Of a stretch of 64,000 bases of DNA, positions 52,601 through 64,000 are shown in pieces (the first letter of the stretch is position 1; the number at the start of each line of letters is the position of its first letter). Under the pieces are notes generated by a model. The model was not told the DNA's origin and ran no database searches. It worked only from the letters and a program-made list of their open reading frames with translations. Origin of the DNA: the human T2T-CHM13v2.0 reference genome, Homo sapiens. The position numbers and the translations under genes are program-made. The DNA is taken from positions 11,680,001-11,744,000 of the forward strand of contig CP086569.2 of assembly GCA_009914755.4 (NCBI GenBank). Direction: 5' to 3'.

Positions 52601-55600
52601 GACTCAAACGGAACGGACTCAAATACAATGGACTTGAAAAAAAAGGGTTTCGAATGGATTTTATTCGTAACAAATGGAATCGAAAGTATTGTAATAGGAT
52701 CGAAAAGAATTGAATGGAATGGAATCGAATGGAATGTACCAGAATGGAATGGAGAGGAAAAGAATGGGCAAGAATATAATGGATTGCAATGAAATTGATT
52801 CGAATGGAATTAAATCGAATGGAATGTAATCAAATGGAATGGAATTCAATGCAATTGAATGGAATAGAATGGAATGCAATGGAATGGAATTCAGTGGAAT
52901 CGAGTGGAATGGAATCAAATGGAAAGGAATAGAATGGAATGGACTCGAATGGAATGGACTTGAAGTAAATGGAATCGTAAGGATTGGAATCAAATGGAAC
53001 AGAACGGAATGGAATTGAATGGAGTGGACTCGAATGGGATGTACTCGAATGGAATGGAATCGAATGGAATGCAACTGAATGGAACCGAATATAATGGAAT
53101 TGAATGGAGTGTAATGGAATGATATAGAATGGAATGGAATGGAATGGAATCGAATGGACACGAATGGAATGGACTGGTCTGGAAGGGACTGGGAAGGAAT
53201 GCATTGTAGTGGAAAGAACTCAAATGGAATGGAAACGAATGTGAAGGAAGGGAATGGAATTGAATGGCAACAAAAGGAAAGGAATGGAATTGAATCGGAT
53301 GGAATGGAATGGAAGGGAATGGAGTTGAGCGGAATAGAATCTAATGGAATGGCATCGAATGGAATGGAATGGACTAGAATGGAACACACTCAGGTTGAAT
53401 AGAATCAAAAGGAATGGCATCGAATGGATTGGAATGGAATGGAATGGAATGGACCCAAAAGTAATGAACTCGAAAGCAATGGATTCAAATAGAATGGACT
53501 CGAAAGAATTGATCTCGAATGGAATATATTCGAATAGAATCTAAAAGAATGGGAAGCAATAGTATGGATTGCAATAGAAAGGAATGGAATTGAACAGAAT
53601 ATAGCGCAATGGAATGAACTGGAAAAAATGGAATCGAACAGATTGAAATCGAACTGAACAGAATGGAAGGGAATGGAATTGAGTGGAATGGAATGTAATG
53701 GAATGGTCTCAAATGGAATGGACTGGAGTGGAATGGAGACGAATGGAATGGAAACGAATGGAATGGAAAGGGATGGAATGGAATGCAAAGGAATATAATG
53801 GAATTGTTTCAGATGGAATGTAATAGAATGGCTTTGAATGGAATAGATTCAAATGGAATGGCATTGAATGGAATCGAATGGAATGGATTGGAATGGAATG
53901 GAATGAAATGGACCCAAAAGTACTAGGCTGTAATGGAAAGGACTCAAATAGAATGGACTCAAAAGGAATGGTCTTCAAAGGAATTTATGGGAACAGAATG
54001 TAATCGAATGGACTGCAATAGTATGGAACGTAATAGAATGGAGCGGAATAGAATGGAATGAAATGGAATACAATGGAATGGAATAGAAAGGACATGAATA
54101 TACTGGATTACAATGCAATTGATTGGAATGGAATGGAATCAAATGTAATGTAATCAAATGGAAAGGAAGGGTATGCAATGGAATGCAATAGAATGGAATG
54201 CATTGGAATGAAACGCAGTGGAATCAAGTGGAATGGAATCGAATGGAATGGAATCAAATGGAATGGAATCAAATGGAGTGGAAACGAATGGAATGGAATT
54301 GAACAGAATGGAATCGAATAGAAAGGACACGAATGAAATGGACAGGAAAAAAACTGGAACCGATCGGAATGGAGTAGAACAGAATTGAATGGAATGGACT
54401 CGAATCAAATCGAGTATAATGCAATGGAAAGTAATGCGATGGAATCGACTGGAAATGAATTGAATGGAAATGAAAGGAAAAGAATGGAATGGATTTTAAT
54501 GGAAATATATCGAATAGGATAGAATGGAATGAAATGGACCCTAAAGGAAAGGGCTGGAATGGATTGGATGCGAATGGAATGTACTGGAGTTAAATGGACT
54601 CTAATGGAATGGAAACGAATGGAATAGAATGGAAAGACATATAATGAAATGGAATCAGATATAATGGAATGGAATAGAATGGTGTCAAATGGAATAAAAA
54701 CGAAAGGAATGGCCTCAAATGGAATGGAATCCAATTGAATGGAATGGAATCGAATAGAATGTAAACGAATGGAATGGAATTGAATAGAATGAAATGGAAT
54801 GGAAAGGACAAGAATGAAATGGATGGGAACGAAATGGAAGAGAACGGACTGGAGTAGAACGGAAAGGAATGGAATGGAATGGAATGGAATAGAATGTAAT
54901 GGAATGGACTCGAATCAAATGGAGTCTAAAGGAATGGAAAGTAATGCAATGGAATCCAATTGAAATGAATTGAATGTAATTGAAAGAAATAGAATGGAAT
55001 GGAGTGTAAAGGAAATATATGGAATGGGATAGAATGGAATGAAATGGACCCTAAAGGAATGGGCTGCAATGGAATGGATGCGAATGGAATGGACTGGAGT
55101 GAAATGGACTCTAAAGGAATGAAAACTAATGGAATGGAATGGAAAGGCATAGAATGGAATGAAATCAGATGGAATGGAATGGAATGGAATGGAATGGAAT
55201 GGAATGGAATGGAATGGTGTCAAATGGAATAGAATTGAATGGAATGGCATCAAATGGAATGCAATGGAATGGAATGGAATGGAATGGCCCAAAATATAAT
55301 TTACTAGAAACGAATGGACTCAAAAGAATGGAGTTAAAAGTCATGGTCTCGAATGGAAGTTATTCGAATACAATGTAACTGAAAGGAATGCAATAATATG
55401 CAATGGAATCAAATAAAATGTAATTGAATGGAATGTACCAGAATGGAATGGACTGGAATAGAACGGACTCGAACGTCATGGATTGCAATGTAATTGATTC
55501 AAATGGATTGGAATCGAATGGAATGGAATCGTATGGAATGGAATTGAATGGAATGGACCGGAAAGAAAAGGACAGGAATAGAATGGAAATGAATGTAATG

Positions 55601-58600
55601 CATTGCAATGAAATTGATTCGAATTGAATGGAATTGAACGGAATATAAACCAACGGAATGGAATGGAATGGAATGCAATGGAATGGAATGGAATGGAATG
55701 CAATTAAATGGAATGGAATAGAAAGGAATCGATTGGAATGGAATCTAATTGAATGGAATTGAATAGATTGGAATTGAATAAAATGTATTGGGAAGGAATG
55801 GACTCGAATCGAATGGATTGGAACAAAACGGAATCGAACGATTGGAATTGAATGGAACGGAAAGGAATGGAATCGAATCGAATGGAATGGAGTCGAATGG
55901 AATGGAATCAATTGGAATGGAAACGAATGGAATGGAGTAGAACGGAACCAAAAGGAATAGATTGGAAAGGATTGTAATGAAATGTTATCAAATAGAATGG
56001 AGTGGAATGGAATGGAATCACATGGAATCGACTGGAATAGAATGGACACGAATGGAATGTACTGCAGTGGAATGGACTTGAAAGAATGGAAACAAAAGGA
56101 ATGGAATGGAATGGTATGCAAAGGAATTGAATGGAAAGGAATCTAATTGAGTGGAATCGAACCAAACGGAATGGAGTGAAATGGACTCGAATGGAATGGA
56201 GTTAATTGGAATGGAATTGAATGGAATGTAATTGAATGGGTTGGAATTGAATGGAATCAAAAGGAATAGATTGGAATTCAGTGTAATTGAAAGATATCGA
56301 ATGGAACGGAATGGAATGGAATGGACTCACATGGCATGGACTGGAATGGAAAGAACTCGAACGGAATGGAGTCGAAAGCTATGGAATTGAATAGAATAGC
56401 ATTGGAAGAAATGGAATTGAAAGGAATTAAAGGAATTGAATGGTATGGAGTGTAATGGAACGAAATCAAATGGAATGAAATGGAATGAAATGGACTCGAA
56501 TGGAATTGACAGGAAAAGAATGGAATCAAAAGTTATATACGTGAGTGGAATGGACTCGAATGAAATGAACTGGAGTGGAATGGACTAGAATTTAATGGAA
56601 ACGAAAGGAATGGAATGGAATGGAATGGAAATGAATGCAATAGAATGGAATGGAATCTGATAGAATGGAAAGGAATGGAATGCAGTCGTATGGAATAGAA
56701 TCTAATAGACTGACATAAAATGGAAAAATGGAATGGAATTGAATGGAATGGAATGGATTCGAATTGAATGGCCTGGAACGGAATGTAATAGAATGGAATG
56801 GCATCGAACAGAATGGAATGGAATGATATGGAAGGGAATGGAACCAAATGTAATGGAATCGAATGGAATAGACTTAAATAGAATGGACTCTAAAGGAATT
56901 GTTTCAAATGCAATTTATTCGAATAGAATGAAATAGAATGTAATGCAATAGTATGGAATAGAATTGAATGGAATAGAATCGAATGGAATGAACAGGAATG
57001 GAATAGACTGGAATAGAACAGACCCTCATGTAATGGATTGCAATGTAATTGATTCGAATGGAATGGAATCTAATGGAATGGAATCAAACGGAAAAGAGTG
57101 GAATGCAATGTAATGGAATAGAATGGAATGCACTGCAATGGAATGGAACAAAATGGAATGGACTGGAACAAAATGGAATCAAAAAGACTGGAATCGAACT
57201 GAATGGAAAGAAATGTAATGGAGTGGAATGGACTTGCATGGAATGGAGTTGAATGGAATGGAATCGAATGCAATGGAATTCAAAGGAATTGAAGAGAATG
57301 AAATGGATTTGAATGGAATGGAATGGAATAGAATAGAATGGAGTGTAATGGAAATATATCGAATGGAATGAAATGAAATGGATTGGACTCGAATGGAATG
57401 GACTGAAATGGAATGAAATTGAATGGAAAGGAGTGGAGTGGGGTGGACTCGAATGGAAAGGAAACGAATGGAATGGAATGGATTGGAGCGTAATGGAAAG
57501 GAATAGAATGGAATGGAATTCGATGGAATGGAATCGAATGGAGTGTAATGGCAAAGAATCTTATGGGATGGCATTGAATGGAATGGAAAGGTATGGAATG
57601 GAATGGACTGAAAGGAATTGATTCTAGTGGAATGGAATCGAATGGAATTGCATCGAATGCAATGGAATGGAATGGAAACGGATGGACAAAATATAATGGA
57701 CTCGAAGGGAATCGACTCAAATAGAATGGACTCGAAAAAAATAATCTCGAATGGATTTTCTTCATATAGACTGGAATCGAATGTATTGCAATAGTATCGA
57801 AAGGAATTGAATGGAATGGAATCTAATGGAATGTACCAGAATTGAATAGAGTGGAATAGAACGGACATGAATGTAATAGATTGCAATGAAATTGATTCGA
57901 ATTGAATTGAATCAAATGGGATGAAATCAAAAGGAATGGAGTGGAATGCAATGGAATAGAATAGAAACGAATGCAGTGGAAAGAACGGAATGGAATCGAT
58001 TGGAATGGACTGGATTGGAATGGACTCGAATGAAATGGAATGGAAAAATAATGGAATCGTATGGATTTGAATTCAACGGAACGGAACGGAACGGAACGGA
58101 ATGGAATGGAATGGATTCGAATGGAAAATAGTCAAATGGAAAGGAATTGAATGGAATGGAATCGAATGGAATGCAACTGAATGGAATAGAAATGAATACA
58201 ATGGAATAGAGTGTAATGGAAAGATATAGAGTGTAATGGAATGGAATAGAATGGACTGGAATGGAATGGACGGGAATTCAATGGACTTGAATGGAATTCA
58301 CTGAAGGGGAATGTACTCGAATGGAATGGAAACCAATGGGATGGAATGGAATGGAATTGAAAGGAAAGGAATACAATGTAATGGAAGCTGAAGGAATGGA
58401 ATGGAATGGAATGGAGTGGAATGGAATAAAATCGAATGTAATGGCAAATAACGGAATATAATGGAATGGAAAGGATGTGAATGGAATTGACTCGAGTGTT
58501 AACGAATCGAACGGAATGGCATAAAATGGAATGTAATATCATGGAATGTAATGGAATGGAATATACCCAAATGAAAAGGATTCAAATGCAATGGATTCAA

Positions 58601-61600
58601 ATAGAATTGACTCGAAAGAAATGGTCTCAAATGGAATTTATTCGAATAGAACAGAAAAGAATGGGATAAAATAGTATGGAATGCAATCCAATGGAATGGA
58701 ATCGAACGGATGGTAGAGCGATGGAATGGACTGGAACAAATAGGAATCAAAAGGATTGGAATCAAACTGAATGGAACAGAAGGGAATGGAATGGAGTGGA
58801 ATGGAATGGAATGTATTTGAATGGAATGGACTGGAGTGGAATGGACTCGAATGGAACGTTAACGAATGGGAAGGAATGGAATGGAATGGAATGGGATGTA
58901 ATAGAAAGGAATATAAAGGAATGGAATCAATTGGAATGGAAAGGAGTAGAATGGAATAAAATCGAATGGAATGGCATCAAATGGAATGGAATGGATTCGA
59001 ATGGAATGGAATGAAATGAACCCAAATGTACTGAGCTCTAATGGAATTGATTCATATGGAATGGACTCAAAAGGAAAGGTCTTGAAAGGAATTTATTCGA
59101 ATAGAAATCGAATGGACTGCAATAATATGGAATGTAATTGAAAGGAAATGAATGGAATGGATTGGAATGGAATGGAATGGAATAGAATGAACTCGAATGT
59201 ACTGGATTGGAATGCAATTGATTTGAATGGAATGGAATTCAAAGTAATGTAATCAAATGGAATGGAATGGTATGCAAAAAATGCAATAGAATGGAATGCA
59301 ATGCAATGGAACGGAGTGGAATCGAGTGAAATGAAATCGAATGGAATGGAATCAAATTCAACAGAATCAAATGGAATGGAAGCGAATGAAATGGAATTGA
59401 ATGAAATAGAATGGAATGGAAATGACACGAATGAAATGGAAAGGAACAAAATGGAATACAACGGATTGGAGTAGAACGGAATGGAATGGAATGGAAAGGA
59501 ACGGAATTGAAAGGAATAGAACCGACTCAAAAGGAATGGAGTCGAATGTAATGGAAACTAATGCAATGGTATTGAAAGGAATGGAATTGAATGGAATTGA
59601 AACGAATGCAATGGAATGGAGTGTAATTGAAACATATCGAATGGAATTGAATGGAAAGGAATGGACTGGAATGGAATGGATTCCAATGTAATGGACTGGA
59701 GTGAAATGTACTCTAATGGAATGGAAACCAAGGGAATGAATTAGAATGGAAAGGAAAGGCATAGAATGAAATGGAATTGCATATAACGGAATGGAATGAA
59801 ATGGAGTTGAATAGAATCAAATTCATTGGAATGACATCGAATAGAATGGAATGGAATGGAATGGAATGGAATGGAATGGAATGGAATAGTCTCGAATGAA
59901 ATGGAATAGAATGGAATAGAATAGAATGTAAAGGAAAGAATGGAATGGAATGGAATGGACCCAAATGTAATGGGCTCAAATGGAATGGACTCAAATAGAA
60001 TGGACTTGAAAGGAATGGTGTCGAATGGAATTTAATCGAATGGAATGGAAACGAATGCAATCGACCTGAACGGAATGGACTGGAATAGATAGGACTTGAA
60101 CATAATGGACTGCTGCATACTAGATTCGAATGGAATGGAATCGAATGGAATGAAATCAAAAGTAGTGAAATGGAAAGCAATGGAATGGAATATAATGGAA
60201 TGCAATGTAGTGGAACTGAGTGGAATTGAGTGGAATGGAATAGAACGGAATATAATCGAATGGAAAGGAATCAACTGGAGTGAACTGGAATTGAATGTAC
60301 TCGAATGGAACGGACTGGAACAAAATGGAATAGAACGGATTGGAATAGAATGGAACGGAATGGAATGGAATGGAATGGACTCGAGTGGAAAAAAGTCGAA
60401 TGGAATGGAATAGAATGGAATGGAATCAAATGGAATATTATTTAATGGAATCGAAAGGAATAGAATGGAATGGAATCTAATGGAATGATATCGAATGGAA
60501 TGGAATGGAATGGACTCAAATGGAATGGACTACAATGGAATGAACTCAAATGGATTAGAATGGAGTGGAATGGATTCGAATGGAATGGAAATATATGGAA
60601 TGGAATGTAATGGAAATAAATAGAATGGAATGGAATAGGATGGAAAGTAATGGAAATGAAAGGAGTGGAATGGAATGGACTCAAATGGAATGGCATGGAA
60701 TGGAATGGAATGGAATGGAATGGAATGGAATGGACACCAATGGAATTGAATCAAATGGAATGGCATGGAATGGAATGGAATGGAGTGGAATGGGCCCAAA
60801 TGTAATGGACAAGAATGGAATGGACTCACATAGAATGGACCAAAAAGGAATGGTATCAAGCGGAATTTATTCGAATAGAATGGAAAAGAATGGATTGAAA
60901 TAGTATGTAATGGAATGCAATGGAGTAGAATCAAATTGAATGTACCAGAATGGAAAGGACAGGAATAGAATGGACTCGAATGTAATTGATTGCAAAGCAG
61001 TTTATTCGAATGGAGTGGAATCGAATGGAATGAAATGAAATGGAAAGGAATGGAATGCAGTGCAAACGTATGGAACAGAATGGAATGCAATGGAATGGAA
61101 TGGAGTGGAATAGAATGGAATGGAATTGAAAGGTGTGGAATCAAATGCAATGGAATCGAATGGAATGGAATTGAATGAAATCGAAAGGAATAGAATGCAA
61201 TGGATTGTAATGCAAATATATCCAATGGATTGGAATGGAATTCACTCGAATGGAATAGACTGGAATCTAATGGACTCAAACGGAACGGACTGGAGTGGAA
61301 TGGATTCAAATGCAGTAGACTGGAGTGGAATGGACTCAAAAGGAATGTAAACGAATGGAATGGAACTGAATGGAATGGAATGGAATGAAACAGAATGGAA
61401 AAGAATAGAATGGAATGGAATCGTATGGAACGGAATGGAATGGAATGTTATCAAATGGAATAGAATCGAATGGAATGGCATCAAAAGGAATGAAAGGGAA
61501 TAGAATGGAAACAAATGGAATAGAATCGAATGGAATGACAGAGAATGGAATGGCATGAAATAGTATGGAAAGGAATGCACTCAGAAGTAAAGGACTCAAA

Positions 61601-64000
61601 TGGAATTCACTTAAATAGAACGGCATCAAAAGAAATGGACTCTAGTGGAATTCACGCGAATAGAATCAAATAGAATGGAGTGCAATAGTGTGGAAAGGAA
61701 TCGAATGGAATGGAATCGAATGGAATGGAGCTTAATGGACTGGACTGCAGGAGAATTGACTCGAATGTAATGGATTGCAAAGAAATAGTTTGGAATAGAA
61801 TGAAATCCAATGGAATGCAATCGAATGGAATGGAAAGGAATGCATTGGAATAGAATAGAATGGAATGCAATGGAATGAAAGGTAGTGGAATCGAGTGGAA
61901 TGGAATCAAATGGAATGGAATCGAATGGAATGTACTGGAATGGAATCGATTCGAGTGGAATCTACTGGAACAAAATGGAATCAAATGGATTGGAATCAAG
62001 TGGAACAGAATGGAAAGGATTGGAAAGGACTTGAATGGATTGGGGTAGAAAGAAATTGAATCTAATGGGGTGGAATAGAAAAAATAGAAAGAAAAAGAAT
62101 TTAATGGAGTGTGATGGAAACATATGGAATGGAATTGAAAGGAATGTAATGGACTAGAATGGAATGGACTGGAGTGGAATGGACTCGAATGGAATGGAAA
62201 TGAATGGAATGGAATCAATGCAATGGAAAGGGGAAGAATAAAACGGAATCGGATGGAATGAAATGTAATGTAATAGAGTCGAATGGAATAGAATAGAATG
62301 GAATGGAATCGATTGGAATGGAATGCAGTGGAATGGAATGGAATGGAATGGAATGGAATGGAATGGAATGGACTCGAATGGATGAGAATGGAATGGAATG
62401 AAATGGAATGGAAGGGACACAAATGGACCCGAACGGAATGGGCTCTACTAGAATGGAATCGAAAGGAATGGTCTCGAATGGAATTTCTTCAAATAAAATG
62501 GAATGGAATGGAATTCAAAGTATGCAACGGAATCGAATGGAATGGAATCGAATGGAATGCACAAGAATGGAATGGAATGGAATAGAACGTACACAAATAT
62601 AATGGATAGTAATCTAACTGTTTTTAATGGCATGGAATCGAATGGAATGTCGTCAAATATAATGCAATGGAATGCAATGGACTGTAATAGAATGGAATGC
62701 AAAGGAATTGACACAGTGGAATCGAGTGGAATGGAATCAAATGGAATGTAATCGATTTTAAAGGAATCGAAAGGAATGGAATCGAATGGAATGGAATTGA
62801 ATGTATGCCAAAGGAATAGAATGTTATGGAGTGTAATGGAAGTATAATGAATGTAATGTAATGGAATGGAATGGAATCGAATGGAATTGACTGGATTTGA
62901 ATGGACTCGAATGGAATGGAGTGGATTGGAATGAAATGGAATGGAATGGAATGGAATGCAATGGAATGGAATTGGATGGAACGGAATGGAATGGAATGTA
63001 GTCGAATGGCATAGAATTGAATTAAATGGCATCGAATGGATTGGAATTTAATGTAGTGGAAGGGATGTGAATGGAAAGGAATTGAGTGGAAAAGAATGAA
63101 ATGGAATGTCATGGAATGGAATGGAATGGAACGGAATGGAATGGAATGGAATGGAATGGAATAAACCCAAATGTAATGGACTCAAATGGAACGGAATCAT
63201 ATAGGATGCATTAGAAAGGTATGGCCTCGAATGGAATTTATTCGAATAGAATGGAATCAAAAGTAATGCAATAGTATGGAATGCAATCGAATGGAATGCA
63301 ATGAAATGGAATGGAACGGAATGGAATGGACTGGAATACAACAGACTGGAATATAATGGATTGCAATGTAATTGCTTTCAATAGAATGGAACGTAATCAA
63401 ATTGAGTGGAATGGAATGCAATGAAATGGACACGAATGGAATGGACACGAATGGAATGGAATCGAATGGAATGGAATTGAATGGAATCGAAAGGAATAAA
63501 ATGGAAGGGAGTGTAATGGAAATATATCAAATGGAATGGAATGGAATGGAATGGTATTGACTCGAATGGAATGGACTGGAATAAAATGGACTCGAATGAC
63601 ATAGAATCAAATGAAATGGCTTCGACTGGAATGGAAGGGAATGAAATGGAATGGAATGGACCCAAATATAATGGAGTAGAATGGAATGGACTCAAATTAA
63701 ATTGACTCTAAAGGAATGGTATCAAATGGAATTTATTCGAATAGAATGGAATCGAATGGAATGCAAAAGAATGGAATGGCATCGAATGGAATGGAATCCA
63801 ATAGAGTGGACAAGAATGGAAAGGACTGGAATAGAATGGACTCAAATGTCGAAAGTATTGGAATGAAACGTATAGGAATGGAACAGAATGGGCTCGAATG
63901 GAATGGAGTCGAATGGAATGGAATCGAAAGGAATAGAAACAAATGGAATGGAATTGAATGGAATCAAAATGAATAGAATGGAATAGAGTTTAATAAAGAT
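31671..64000 (+). repeat. pentameric (GGAAT)n satellite, HSat3-like, G-rich strand on plus; runs to the end of the window
   Basis: Continuous ggaatggaatggaatcgaatggaatggactcgaatgg...; pure (GGAAT)8-11 runs at about 34637-34685, 37811-37867, 47731-47770, 50387-50436, 55171-55215, 62331-62375. Confidence 0.9.

Noticed and set aside
27950-64000. Hundreds of ORFs of 60-314 aa on both strands (MEWNGMEWN..., HSIPFHSIPF..., for example 38325..39236 303 aa and 50002..50946 314 aa)
   Set aside because: They arise because a 5-bp repeat read in frame gives a 15-nt/5-codon periodic peptide. GGAAT arrays lack stop codons in several frames, giving overlapping ORFs on both strands with no start/stop context. 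They are translation artefacts of satellite DNA, not genes
27950-64000. Possibility that the regular short repeats are a CRISPR array or another prokaryotic repeat system
   Set aside because: There are no unique spacers between repeats, and the units are the 5-bp primate (GGAAT)n satellite. The flanking sequence is full of Alu, L1, ERV and an immunoglobulin V gene, so the window is human. A prokaryotic system is not supportable

Overview
This window is human (primate) pericentromeric DNA, not a prokaryotic locus. I found no intact protein-coding gene and no candidate novel defence, operon or similar system that the sequence can support. Positions 1-27,950 are AT-rich, CpG-poor sequence dominated by interspersed repeats. 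These include several LINE-1 fragments, six Alu copies (two nested inside L1s), microsatellites, a GC-rich ~23-bp minisatellite, and an internally deleted ERV-L-like provirus remnant whose pol remnant shows RNase H - integrase - dUTPase order on the minus strand, flanked by co-oriented LTRs. One LTR carries a third LTR copy inserted in inverse orientation. A single immunoglobulin kappa variable gene of the IGKV1 family lies on the minus strand at 15.08-15.69 kb. Its V exon is open, but the initiator ATG, the octamer and the RSS heptamer are all mutated, which is the profile of an IGKV orphon pseudogene. From 27,950 to the end of the window the sequence is uninterrupted pentameric (GGAAT)n/(ATTCC)n satellite of the HSATII/HSat3 type. 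It forms two blocks of opposite orientation and different flavour: an HSATII-like block rich in GATGATGATTCC on the minus strand at 27,950-31,670, then an HSat3-like block on the plus strand at 31,671-64,000. The blocks meet at a sharp junction near 31,670. The array shows a cryptic ~0.9-1.1 kb periodic module, local ~0.5 kb tandem duplications, and a ~1.3 kb intra-array duplication with ~7.5 kb offset. All six-frame ORFs over the satellite (MEWNG.../HSIPF... peptides) are translation artefacts of the 5-bp repeat. The most interesting items are structural: the satellite inversion/subfamily junction, the intra-array duplications, and the IGKV orphon with selectively disabled signals sitting ~12.5 kb from the satellite edge. 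Every repeat-family name is from recall of consensus sequence, so RepeatMasker/Dfam, IMGT or BLAST should confirm.
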